Counted from the stretch's first letter, positions 1 through 8,295 are shown. The stretch is DNA of 35,476 nucleotides from an uncultured Candidatus Saccharibacteria bacterium (GCA_964559585.1 CAZLHE010000003.1:1-35476); one strand, 5' to 3'. Translations and numbers: made by a program. The notes: generated by a model not told the origin, from the letters alone.

Positions 1-838
1 AGATGCGGAATAACCCATCCTATAAAAATTGTTGGAAGACAATACAAAATTAAAAACATCCCTCCCCATTTACTTTCAACTCTTAGCTTTTCGGCGTACA
101 AAACCCCAGTTGTCCAGAAAGTTACATCCAAAAGAGTAATCGCGAAGCTAAAAATAACCAGTGCCCATATTCTTTTTGTTAAAACCTTGATAATACTCAG
201 TTCCTTCCAAAAACTTCGTGGTTTTTCATCAGCACTTTGATTTCCATAATCTTTTTTCTTGTAAAAACTCGTAAAGACGAAAAATACAAGCATTGTTATA
301 GCAGTAATTATTAAAGATGCGTAAAGTGGAAGGTTAGTTTGTTTGCTCACAAGAAATACTGTTATTGCAGGGCCAAGCATGTAAGAGGTTGATTGAAATA
401 TGGTCATGACGGACCACGCCAGGGTGTTTTTTTCGGTCGGTAAAAATCGATGTACAAAATCGTATTTGGAGTAATTTCTCATCTCGTAATAAACGGACCA
501 TATAATCATTGCAAATATAAATGGCAAAAGATCTCTGGGTAAAAATAAAAAAGCCAAGGGCAGTCCCAGCGCAAACAGCAGAGTCCCTCCCATAAAGAAG
601 GTATAGTCTTTAAGTGAGAAAAACTGGGCAATAATGAAATTCAAAAACATTCCGAAAAACGCAGACACTGATAAAACTGCACCTACTAAAAATGTGTTGT
701 TGAGCCTGTCTTGAATTATGACCGGAGCCATGTAAGACATGATCCCGTCATGCAGTGAAATCAGAAAGATAATGAATGAAAACACAATGAGAGGAATGTA
801 TAACTTAAGCCTTTGCTTTCTTCGGGCAGAAAAACTCA
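1..838 (-). CDS. MFS-like multi-pass permease, partial (first ~279 codons; C-terminus lies beyond the left edge)
   Basis: Open minus-strand frame from ATG (838-836) to the window edge. It is absent from the ORF track because it has no stop in the window. My translation MSFSARRKQRLKLYIPLIVFSFIIFLISLHDGIMSYMAPVIIQDRL...FFGMFLNFIIAQFF... shows repeated hydrophobic spans typical of major-facilitator permeases. Confidence 0.7.
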
Positions 839-884
839 TATTTATAATATTAACAGGTTAGGGAAACGTTGTAATTAGAGTCTT

Positions 885-960
885 TGGAGCGACGGACCGG
901 GGTCGAACCGGCGACCTTCTCCTTGGAAGGGAGACGTTCTACCAACTGAACTACCGTCGC
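885..960 (-). tRNA. tRNA-Gly (anticodon UCC), CCA encoded
   Basis: The reverse complement folds as a cloverleaf: GCGACGG-TA-GTTC-AGTTGGTA-GAAC-G-TCTCC-CTTCCAA-GGAGA-AGGTC-GCCGG-TTCGACC-CCGGT-CCGTCGC-T-CCA. The anticodon is TCC (plus-strand 925-927) and the discriminator is U73. Confidence 0.9.
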
Positions 961-975
961 CTATCTTGACACCCT

Positions 976-1218
976 TTATTCTATACCATCGCCAAGCAGC
1001 TGATCAAACGGAGACGGCTCGTCATTTTCAAGTTCCGCAATGTAATCAACTTCGTGTATTTTCTTTTTGGGGCGTTTCTTTACAATTCCCAGCGCTTCTT
1101 GTACATCTTCAGGCAAATCCTCGTGTTCTGGTATAACTTGGTCTTTATCTTCCTCCTTAACTATAACTTTTTTGATCTGTTTTTTAGTTTCCTTTATTTT
1201 TTTAGGCATGTCTTTCAT
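976..1218 (-). CDS. small, highly charged hypothetical protein (80 aa)
   Basis: ORF-track frame with a Lys/Glu-rich N-terminal half and an acidic C-terminus (ELENDEPSPFDQLLGDGIE). I recognise no family. It sits in a gap between tRNA-Gly and trxB. Confidence 0.45.
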   Translation of the reverse strand: MKDMPKKIKETKKQIKKVIVKEEDKDQVIPEHEDLPEDVQEALGIVKKRPKKKIHEVDYIAELENDEPSPFDQLLGDGIE

Positions 1219-1260
1219 TGATAAATTTGTAAAATATTTTTAAATTGTACATAAGTGTAA

Positions 1261-1266
1261 TACAAT
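1261..1266 (+). promoter_or_regulatory. -10-like hexamer TACAAT, 6 nt upstream of the trxB ATG (candidate leaderless promoter)
   Basis: TACAAT at 1261-1266, ATG at 1273, no Shine-Dalgarno between them. Part of a recurring pattern across the window. Confidence 0.35.
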
Positions 1267-1272
1267 ATTTCC

Positions 1273-2220
1273 ATGACAAGTTCAAGTACAGTTTTTGATG
1301 TAATCATAATAGGGAGCGGTCCGGCGGGTTCAACGGGAGCTTTATATACCTCCAGAGCATCATTAAAGACGTTAGTTATAGGGGGTAACCCACCAGGAGG
1401 GCAACTTGTAAATACGACTTTGGTGGAAAATTTTCCGGGCTTCCCAAATGGGATTTTAGGTCCGGAGTTAGTTTCAAATATTAGAAAGCAGATGGAAAAC
1501 TATGGATCAACTGTTGTTAACGAGAATGTTGTTAACGTTTCTGGTTCGTTTAAAGATGGATTTACCGTAGAGACTGATTTAAATAATAAATATATTGGAA
1601 AAACTATTCTTGTGGCTTCCGGATCTTCAGCCAAATGGCTTGGAATTGAAAGCGAACAAAGATTAAAAGGATATGGGGTTTCCGCCTGTGCGGTTTGTGA
1701 CGGACCATTGTACAAAGGAAAGATCGTAGCGATCGTTGGCGGCGGTGACGCCTCTATGGAAGAGTCGTTGTACCTTACAAGATTCGTGCAAAAAGTTTAT
1801 GTGCTTGTGAGATCTGCTAAGGGGAAAATGAGGGCTAGCAAAATAATGCAGAAAAGAGCCTTTTCTAATCCAAAGCTTGAATTTTTATTTAATACAGAAG
1901 TAAAAGAGATATTGGGAGAAAAATTTGTTGAGGGATTAAGAATTTTCAACAACAAAACCAATGAAGAAAGCGAGCTTAAGGATATTAAAGGTGTGTTTAT
2001 TGCGGTAGGACACCAACCTAACACAGAGTTTGTAAGAGGGTTTGTTGAGTTGGACGAAAAAGGTTACATTAAGACATTCGGGAAACATATGACATCCGTG
2101 GAAGGTGTTTTTGTGGCTGGGGATGTTCATGATTATAACTATAGACAGGCCGTAACGGCTTCGGGATATGGTTGTATGGCCGCCACCGAATTAATAAGGT
2201 TTTTAACAGAAGAGAGGTAA
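1273..2220 (+). CDS. trxB: thioredoxin-disulfide reductase
   Basis: 315 aa. FAD-binding GSGPAG near the N-terminus, redox-active CAVCDG (CxxC), NADPH-binding GGGDASMEE, and C-terminal GDVHD...RQAVTA typical of low-Mr TrxR. Confidence 0.93.
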   Translation: MTSSSTVFDVIIIGSGPAGSTGALYTSRASLKTLVIGGNPPGGQLVNTTLVENFPGFPNGILGPELVSNIRKQMENYGSTVVNENVVNVSGSFKDGFTVETDLNNKYIGKTILVASGSSAKWLGIESEQRLKGYGVSACAVCDGPLYKGKIVAIVGGGDASMEESLYLTRFVQKVYVLVRSAKGKMRASKIMQKRAFSNPKLEFLFNTEVKEILGEKFVEGLRIFNNKTNEESELKDIKGVFIAVGHQPNTEFVRGFVELDEKGYIKTFGKHMTSVEGVFVAGDVHDYNYRQAVTASGYGCMAATELIRFLTEER

Positions 2221-2262
2221 ATTACAGCTATTTATTTTCTTTAGACACATTCTTAGGATTAT

Positions 2263-2709
2263 TCAGAAGAAGCCGGGCATTGTATGCTGATAGGTATCGG
2301 CATCCTCTTTTGGTTCTTCTGGAGTCTCTTCGAAAAGAGGCCATCCGGGATCATCAATTGCTGGTACGTTATAAAGTTCGTTCCACTTGTAGTACTTTCC
2401 CCTACTCGTTTGTTTTGTTACAGAGAAATATTTCGGTAATAGTCTATTTACTTCTTTTTCCTTAAGTTTCGATTTATAAACGATTTGCCTTTTTGTAAGT
2501 TCTGATATCCAATCCTGGTGTAAGGTCGCCCACATGGCCCTTGCACTTTTTCGGTCCTTTTCACTGACTAGTAAAGAGCCTACTTTTATTTCCGACTCCT
2601 CTTTAGCTGGAGTGGGGGTTTTAGTTTCTTCTTTTCCCTCCTTCATCATTGAATTAATTGTTTCGGCATTCTCATCTTCTTCTTTTGAAGTTTCCAAATC
2701 TTCTCCCAT
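2263..2709 (-). CDS. hypothetical protein (148 aa) with acidic low-complexity N-terminus
   Basis: ORF-track frame convergent with trxB. A TAGAAT box lies 6 nt upstream of its ATG. No recognisable domain. Confidence 0.5.
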   Translation of the reverse strand: MGEDLETSKEEDENAETINSMMKEGKEETKTPTPAKEESEIKVGSLLVSEKDRKSARAMWATLHQDWISELTKRQIVYKSKLKEKEVNRLLPKYFSVTKQTSRGKYYKWNELYNVPAIDDPGWPLFEETPEEPKEDADTYQHTMPGFF

Positions 2710-2715
2710 AATAAA

Positions 2716-2721
2716 ATTCTA
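2716..2721 (-). promoter_or_regulatory. -10-like hexamer TAGAAT (minus strand), 6 nt upstream of the ATG at 2709
   Basis: Plus-strand attcta at 2716-2721 equals TAGAAT on the minus strand. The whole divergent intergenic region is only 34 nt. Confidence 0.4.
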
Positions 2722-2731
2722 CAACATTATG

Positions 2732-2737
2732 TAGAAT
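2732..2737 (+). promoter_or_regulatory. -10-like hexamer TAGAAT, 6 nt upstream of the ATG at 2744
   Basis: TAGAAT at 2732-2737, ATG at 2744, no SD. Confidence 0.4.
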
Positions 2738-2743
2738 ATACGT

Positions 2744-3841
2744 ATGAAAAAGCTTTTGCCTTTTTTAAAAATTGGATTTATTTTAGGAATTTTTTTGGCA
2801 TCGACCTACTTAAAATATAGAGTTTTAGATGAGGCGGGTGGGGATCTGACGATTTTTAGACGGGCAGTTACAGAGTTTATGAGCGGTAAAAACCCATATT
2901 CCTATACTGTAGCCTCCTTTAAAAAGAATGATCCGGGTTTAGATCACGGGTACGCTTATTTTCCAACAATGCTTTATATTTATACCCCGCTTTATAATTT
3001 TCATTTAACCTCGAAAATCCCACTTCAAAGAGTTTGGAAAGCTTCTGTGTTTATAGCGGAGATAGGTGTTGCCTTGATGCTTATCAAAATTCTTTATAAG
3101 AAAGATTATCTTGTGTGTTTAGCTGGACTTGCAATGTGGTTTTTAAATCCTTTTTTGATAGCAAGAAATTCTTTTGTTTATACGGAGCCTTTTGGGATTT
3201 TGTTTATGTTGTTGGCCTTGTACTATCTTGAGAAAAATGATCTTTGGTCAGGAGTATTTTTTGCAATCTCATTCTCTTTTAAAGCTTTTCCCATTATTCT
3301 TTTCCCCGTATTTCTACTGAAATCCGAAAAGAGATTAAAATTTATTCTGGGAGGAGCGGTTTACATGTTTGTAATGAGCATTCCCTTTATGGGAAATTGG
3401 GAAAACTTTTGGACCTACATTCAAGGTTCCCTGCTTGTACACGGGATGAGAGACCCTCAAGGAAGGCCTCTTTTATTCTTTATTAGTAATTATTTAGGAT
3501 TCCCGCCCTACTCTTTAAAACTTGCATCTTTTTATAAGTACCTGTCTATATTACTTGGATGGGTAGTTACTTCTTACCTGTTACTAAAGAAAAAAGTAGT
3601 CGATAAATACGTTCTATCGGTAATTTCATTTGCGGTTTTCTATATATTTACCCCCGTACTAACCAGAACATATATGCTTTGGTTTATACCAATTTATGCA
3701 ATTGGCATGTATAAGGTTTTCGAAAAAAAGAACAAAGTTTGGTACTATCTTTCGCTTGTGGCCTTTTATGCCTTCTACGCAGGATACCTTGCTATTTGGA
3801 CAAGGGGTATAAGAATTACGGATGGAATTATTAGCTTGTAA
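2744..3841 (+). CDS. polytopic membrane glycosyltransferase, GT-C fold (DUF2029/GT87-like)
   Basis: 365 aa with about 9-10 hydrophobic spans. The N-terminal loop GGDLTIFRRAVTEFMSGKNPY resembles the first extracytoplasmic loop of DUF2029-type mannosyltransferases. The family call is from memory of the motif. Confidence 0.6.
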   Translation: MKKLLPFLKIGFILGIFLASTYLKYRVLDEAGGDLTIFRRAVTEFMSGKNPYSYTVASFKKNDPGLDHGYAYFPTMLYIYTPLYNFHLTSKIPLQRVWKASVFIAEIGVALMLIKILYKKDYLVCLAGLAMWFLNPFLIARNSFVYTEPFGILFMLLALYYLEKNDLWSGVFFAISFSFKAFPIILFPVFLLKSEKRLKFILGGAVYMFVMSIPFMGNWENFWTYIQGSLLVHGMRDPQGRPLLFFISNYLGFPPYSLKLASFYKYLSILLGWVVTSYLLLKKKVVDKYVLSVISFAVFYIFTPVLTRTYMLWFIPIYAIGMYKVFEKKNKVWYYLSLVAFYAFYAGYLAIWTRGIRITDGIISL

Positions 3842-5021
3842 ATAGTGTGATTTTAGGTTCCTGGGATATTATTTCTAATGCGGACTCGACTATATTTTTC
3901 ATATCGCATTTTTTTATAGCTTTAAGTTCATAAAGGTGGTTTTGGCTTTCGTTACCGTGAAGCAAAAGATCTGAATAAAACTCGGCAATCTGGGAAGTTT
4001 TTTCAAATCTAAATTTGAAATCAGCAATAATTCTTTTTTTCACGTGTTCGATATTTCTAACGCTTGCGATTTTTTGGATGTTGTTTAATGCGGCAAAAAC
4101 TACTTTTATAACTTCTTGAACTTTTTCTTTTTCACAGGATAAGGAGATACTAAAAAGTCCATAGGTTCCTGTTGAAAAAGAATTACAGGATATACCATAA
4201 ACGTACCCAAGCTTTTCCCGAATTAGGTTTTTAAGAAAAGTATCCAACACCAAAGCTAGTATTGCTGACGAGTACTTCCTATCCTCGTTTGTTTTGTATC
4301 CGTAGAAGTCTATCTTAATGTAGTTTTGTTTGATTCCATTCATCTTTATTCTTTGGGTTTCCCTTTTTTCATTTCTTTTGTGTTTCACGTGGTTGGACCT
4401 TTTACCTTTCAGTATGCGACAAAAAAAGTTCTCAATATAGGGGAAAATACTATTTTGACTAACATTCCCGCAAAGAACAAGAACAAAATTGTTTGGTGTG
4501 TAGCGTCTCTCCTGAAAGAAATTTATGTTTTTAGTACTAAGTTCCCTAATGTTGTTTTCATAACCCGTGTTTTTTATAGATAGTCTGTCATTTGGGAACA
4601 AAATTTTATAAGACATTGAGTTAATAAGTCTTTCAGGTATATTTTGGGATCTTTTTATTTCCTGAATAACTACTTTTTTCTGAATCAATATGTCCTCACT
4701 TGAAAAGTCGTTTTTATCAAAAATGTGAGAAAGAAACTCAAGTCCATCCAAAACGTCTTCTTTTAGTACTTTGACCATGTACAAGACGTCATCTCTGCTT
4801 GTCACACCCAGAATCTTCCCACCGTTTATAAGAATTTTATTTTTGTTTCCTTTCAAGAGGTTTAAGTGCTCAAGCAGATGAGCCGCGCCTATTTGACTTG
4901 CGTTTTCATAACTACTTCCCGCAAAACCTTTTAGGTGGATAGTAACAGAATCTACATTTGCGCGAGGAATTACGCAAATCCTCAGCCCGTTTTTTAATTT
5001 CTTGACTTTAGGTACACGCAT
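3831..5021 (-). CDS. M16 (pitrilysin/insulinase) family zinc peptidase
   Basis: 396 aa with the inverted zinc motif HxxEH as AAHLLEHL near the N-terminus. Its 3' end overlaps the convergent gene by 11 nt. Confidence 0.8.
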   Translation of the reverse strand: MRVPKVKKLKNGLRICVIPRANVDSVTIHLKGFAGSSYENASQIGAAHLLEHLNLLKGNKNKILINGGKILGVTSRDDVLYMVKVLKEDVLDGLEFLSHIFDKNDFSSEDILIQKKVVIQEIKRSQNIPERLINSMSYKILFPNDRLSIKNTGYENNIRELSTKNINFFQERRYTPNNFVLVLCGNVSQNSIFPYIENFFCRILKGKRSNHVKHKRNEKRETQRIKMNGIKQNYIKIDFYGYKTNEDRKYSSAILALVLDTFLKNLIREKLGYVYGISCNSFSTGTYGLFSISLSCEKEKVQEVIKVVFAALNNIQKIASVRNIEHVKKRIIADFKFRFEKTSQIAEFYSDLLLHGNESQNHLYELKAIKKCDMKNIVESALEIISQEPKITLFTS

Positions 5022-5075
5022 TTTTTAACTAACATATTGACTTTAGCTTAGCCTGGATTTAATCTTAGTGTAATT

Positions 5076-5606
5076 ATGCTTCCCGAATATAAAAAATACA
5101 TTAAATTTTTCACTGTTGCACTTTTCCTTGTTTTTACCTTTGAATCAACGTTTGCAGCTACTTTGACACTCACAAAAATTGGAGTTTTGGATCTTGGAGG
5201 CAAAACTTATAATGAATGGTGGTATACGGGAACCAACCCAACCTTTTACGGTACAGCCGCGAAAGATTCTACTGTTAGTTTAAAGATTGCAGAAACGACT
5301 TTTACGACGACAGCGGATGTCGCGGGTAATTGGTCTTACCTCGCTAGTATGGCAAAAGGAGACTATGCGATTGAGATTTCGTCAGGGACGGAGAAACTCT
5401 CTTTCACTCTGCACCTCGGACAAACAATGCCCGACTCTACTTCACAAACCAGTCCCTCAGCCCCCGGCACATTATCCACAGGATTTAACCAATTTATCGG
5501 GATAACATTCGGGATCGGGGTAATACTACTGGCTACGTATCTATACTTTTCTACAGATAACAAAAGAAAAACTATTTTTGAGAATAGAATGTTGAAGGAA
5601 GATTAA
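5076..5606 (+). CDS. secreted, C-terminally anchored hypothetical protein
   Basis: 176 aa with an N-terminal signal-like segment (FTVALFLVFTFESTFA), a Thr/Ser-rich beta-type middle, and a C-terminal hydrophobic span followed by KRK. Confidence 0.55.
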   Translation: MLPEYKKYIKFFTVALFLVFTFESTFAATLTLTKIGVLDLGGKTYNEWWYTGTNPTFYGTAAKDSTVSLKIAETTFTTTADVAGNWSYLASMAKGDYAIEISSGTEKLSFTLHLGQTMPDSTSQTSPSAPGTLSTGFNQFIGITFGIGVILLATYLYFSTDNKRKTIFENRMLKED

Positions 5607-5615
5607 ACCCCCACT

Positions 5616-6014
5616 TTATTTTGTAATTTTCAAAGCTAACTCGTGGAGTTCCTTGTGTGTTGGGGTATAGCCTTTGGCATCTAAAACCATTTTCAAAGAC
5701 TCGCCTTTTCTTAGTGGATAAAGTTTCAAGTGTAGATGATCAATTTCGATTCCTTCAAAAACAGCGGAAACCCTTTCTATACTTAGAGTTTTTTCTAACA
5801 GTACCGAAACCTTTTTGGCAGCACTTATTAGGTTGTGGACATCCTTATCCTCGTTATCAAAAACGTTTGAGCCTAAATGTTGTTTTGGTATTATTAAAGT
5901 CATTCCTTCTGTCGTAGGGTGTATATCTAAAAAAGCAAGAAAATCTTTGTCCTCCCAAATCTTTTCACATGGAATTTCTCCTTTTGCAATTCTACAAAAT
6001 ATACAATTGTCCAT
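5616..6014 (-). CDS. HIT (histidine triad) family protein, with Lys in place of the third His
   Basis: 132 aa. N-terminal CIFCRI zinc-binding-like motif and DIHPTTEGMTLIIPKQH. The triad region reads DHLHLKLYP. Confidence 0.8.
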   Translation of the reverse strand: MDNCIFCRIAKGEIPCEKIWEDKDFLAFLDIHPTTEGMTLIIPKQHLGSNVFDNEDKDVHNLISAAKKVSVLLEKTLSIERVSAVFEGIEIDHLHLKLYPLRKGESLKMVLDAKGYTPTHKELHELALKITK

Positions 6015-6020
6015 GACTAA

Positions 6021-6029
6021 ATATTACCA
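6021..6029 (-). promoter_or_regulatory. extended -10 (TGgTAATAT), 6 nt upstream of the HIT ATG
   Basis: The minus strand reads TTGGTAATATTTAGTC then ATG (6014). There is no SD. Confidence 0.35.
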
Positions 6030-6089
6030 AAAACTAAATAGGTATTTTTATTGTCAGCTTTTGTGTTATTTAGTTCTCTTAAGCAACAT

Positions 6090-6593
6090 CTAGAATTGTA
6101 TATCGCTTGGAAGTACAAACTTTGAGTTATCAGTAGTCCAACGTATACACCCATTGCCTGTCTCGTTTACCGTTGATTCAAGCTCTGGATTGAAGCTTGT
6201 ATCACTTTGAGTCGACGCGGCAGTAATTTGTGTTTTTGTGCCTTTAGATTGTCCTGTGACCCATGAGTACATCCACTCACCGTCAGAAATGTTGTTGACT
6301 TCTAACGTCACACCATCGGCGTTTTTAATATTTGTAACTGAGTTAGATTTGTTTCCAGAGATGTAAACGGTTCCTGAAACAGTTCCCTTTTCGTCGGTCG
6401 TTGAGAAAGTACACTTTCGACCTTGGTCAGTGTCTGCAGTGTTAATGGGGGTTGTCTTCGCGGCCTCCTCCTTACTAGTAGTGGTCCCTGGCGTAGTACT
6501 GGTTTTTATTGCAGTAGTGCCCTTTTTAACGAATAAGAACACCAAAATTGATACACAAAGTAAAGCTAAAATAATAACGATTTTCTTTTTCAT
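6090..6593 (-). CDS. secreted or membrane-anchored hypothetical protein
   Basis: 167 aa with an N-terminal hydrophobic anchor (IVIILALLCVSILVFLFV), a Thr-rich linker, and two Cys in the beta-rich body. A strong SD (GGAGGGG) lies about 5 nt upstream of the ATG. Confidence 0.55.
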   Translation of the reverse strand: MKKKIVIILALLCVSILVFLFVKKGTTAIKTSTTPGTTTSKEEAAKTTPINTADTDQGRKCTFSTTDEKGTVSGTVYISGNKSNSVTNIKNADGVTLEVNNISDGEWMYSWVTGQSKGTKTQITAASTQSDTSFNPELESTVNETGNGCIRWTTDNSKFVLPSDIQF

Positions 6594-6632
6594 ATTTCCC
6601 CTCCAATAATTAAAATACTATACCTGCATAAA

Positions 6633-7415
6633 TTATACATATTTTTTGATCATATGTGTACAATGATTTTTCTTTTTCTGCTTATACATGTTTTGATCAG
6701 CTTCCTTAAGCACAAGTTCCATTTCCTTTTTATCTTCAGCTACTCCATAACCCATCGAAACCTTGATAAGCCTTTTGGATTTTTTGTTGTGAGTTTCAAG
6801 TTCTTTCTGAATTTTACCTATAATTCTTGATGCGACTTTATCATCAGTCTCCGGAACTAATATTACGAATTCGTCTCCCCCTACTCTTGCCGCAATATCA
6901 TTTTTTCTAATGGACTTCTTTAAAATTTCTGCAGTTTTAATAATTACAGTATCTCCGACAGTGTGTCCATACTTGTCGTTAATTGCCTTAAGTTTGTCTA
7001 TATCTAGGAAAATAAGAGAAACAGGAAAGTCTCTTCCGTTTTTGAATCTTTCAAATTCAGTTTCAAAAAACCATCTGTTATAAAGACCTGTCATGGAGTC
7101 GTGGGTAGCAAGATAAGCGTAGTCATTTTTATCTGGCGTTTCTCGGGCAAGAATTATACAACCGTCCCTCATCTTTTTTAATGGTTTTACATTAAGGTTG
7201 AAGTCCGGAAAATTGTCCACCAAAATAGTTTTTCCCATGTTTAGCTTTTGGAAGTTTTTTGATGAGATATTTAAATCCTTGAATTTTTTTGGGAAAATAT
7301 CTGGGGATATCCTACCGGCGTTCTTATTGGAATATATCAGATCCCCGTTTCCATCATAAAATGCAAAACCAAGGGGAAGTAATTCTAGGATTTTTTTATA
7401 TTCCTTTATATTCAT
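6633..7415 (-). CDS. diguanylate cyclase (GGDEF domain) with an N-terminal sensor-like domain
   Basis: 260 aa with the intact active-site motif RVGGDEFVIL. An RxxD I-site (RKND) lies 5 residues upstream, and DSMTGLYNRWFF marks the start of the GGDEF domain. Its start overlaps the upstream cyclophilin stop by 4 nt. Confidence 0.85.
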   Translation of the reverse strand: MNIKEYKKILELLPLGFAFYDGNGDLIYSNKNAGRISPDIFPKKFKDLNISSKNFQKLNMGKTILVDNFPDFNLNVKPLKKMRDGCIILARETPDKNDYAYLATHDSMTGLYNRWFFETEFERFKNGRDFPVSLIFLDIDKLKAINDKYGHTVGDTVIIKTAEILKKSIRKNDIAARVGGDEFVILVPETDDKVASRIIGKIQKELETHNKKSKRLIKVSMGYGVAEDKKEMELVLKEADQNMYKQKKKNHCTHMIKKYV

Positions 7416-8062
7416 TCTTCTATTATATCAATCGAGGTTATACTGACAGGCGAAACCGGCTTTGACATCTCACCATTTCCACTATCTACAACTGCAGATT
7501 CTGCAATTTTATCCACCGTTTCCATCCCATTTATAACAGTTCCAAATATCACATAGTTTTTTAGCAGGTCCGTTCTGTCTTTTTGCATTATAAAAAACTG
7601 GCTTCCATTTGTGTTGGGGCCGGCATTTGCCATCGCGACAGTTCCTCTGGTGTATTCTCCATCAAAAGGTTCGTCATTAAAATGGTATCCCGGGCCGCCG
7701 CTTCCCGTTCCGGTTGGATCGCCGCCTTGGATCATGAAATCCCTTACGACTCTGTGAAATATAGTGTTGTCGTAAAATCCCGATCTTGCGAGATAAATGA
7801 AGTTCGTAGCGGTTATCGTTGTGTCCAACGTATTAATTTGGATAGTTATATCACCGTAGGTGGTGTGTAGGACAGCTTTATAATCTTTTGTTATATCAAC
7901 TTTAGTCTGTGGCGGCCGAACCTGATTTTTATTTACAATGCTTGGTGCGATCTCAGCGGCCTGCTTAGGTGCCGAGTTAAATGATTTGTCGTTACCAAAA
8001 ATCACAACTATGATTATCAGAAGCGGAATCCCTGCAAGTATAGCAATTTGTTTTATATTCAT
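7412..8062 (-). CDS. peptidyl-prolyl cis-trans isomerase, cyclophilin type, membrane-anchored
   Basis: 216 aa with an N-terminal TM span (IAILAGIPLLIIIVVIF). Cyclophilin signatures are FHRVVRDFMIQGGDPTGTGSGGPGY and NGSQFFI. Confidence 0.92.
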   Translation of the reverse strand: MNIKQIAILAGIPLLIIIVVIFGNDKSFNSAPKQAAEIAPSIVNKNQVRPPQTKVDITKDYKAVLHTTYGDITIQINTLDTTITATNFIYLARSGFYDNTIFHRVVRDFMIQGGDPTGTGSGGPGYHFNDEPFDGEYTRGTVAMANAGPNTNGSQFFIMQKDRTDLLKNYVIFGTVINGMETVDKIAESAVVDSGNGEMSKPVSPVSITSIDIIEE

Positions 8063-8065
8063 AAA

Positions 8066-8295
8066 CTATTTTCCTAACTTTTCTTTAAAATATATTATAG
8101 TTTTCTTAAGTCCCGTTTCTAAGTCTATTGTAGGTTCCCACTTCAAGACCTTTTTTGCAATAGAAATATCGAACCTTCTTCTTAATGGATCATCTTGAGG
8201 CAACTGCAATAACTTTATCGCCCCCTTGAAGTAATTTTTCGCAAAGCTGACTTCCCAAAAAACCTGACACCTCCGGTTACAAGTATGTTTTTCAT
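8066..8295 (-). pseudogene. remnant of an extended-SDR NAD-dependent epimerase/decarboxylase (UDP-glucuronate decarboxylase-like), frameshifted and internally deleted
   Basis: The minus strand from ATG 8295 reads MKNILVTGG. After a frameshift it reads SGFLGSQLCEKLLQGGDKVIAV, a Rossmann GxxGxxG N-terminus. It then joins, in a third frame, DDPLRRRFDISIAKKVLKWEPTIDLETGLKKTIIYFKEKLGK* (stop 8068-8066). That segment matches the extreme C-terminus of UXS/RmlB-like enzymes. About 250 central codons are missing. Confidence 0.6.

Noticed and set aside
5470-5606. Sortase sorting signal at the C-terminus of the 176-aa secreted protein (..PGTLSTG + hydrophobic span + KRK)
   Set aside because: The motif is L-S-T-G, not LPxTG, and about 13 more residues follow the basic patch. 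No sortase gene is in the window. A plain C-terminal TM anchor is the simpler reading.
7938-8198. 86-aa plus-strand ORF from the track
   Set aside because: It is antisense to the cyclophilin N-terminus and to the epimerase remnant. Its composition is a low-complexity shadow of the minus-strand frames.
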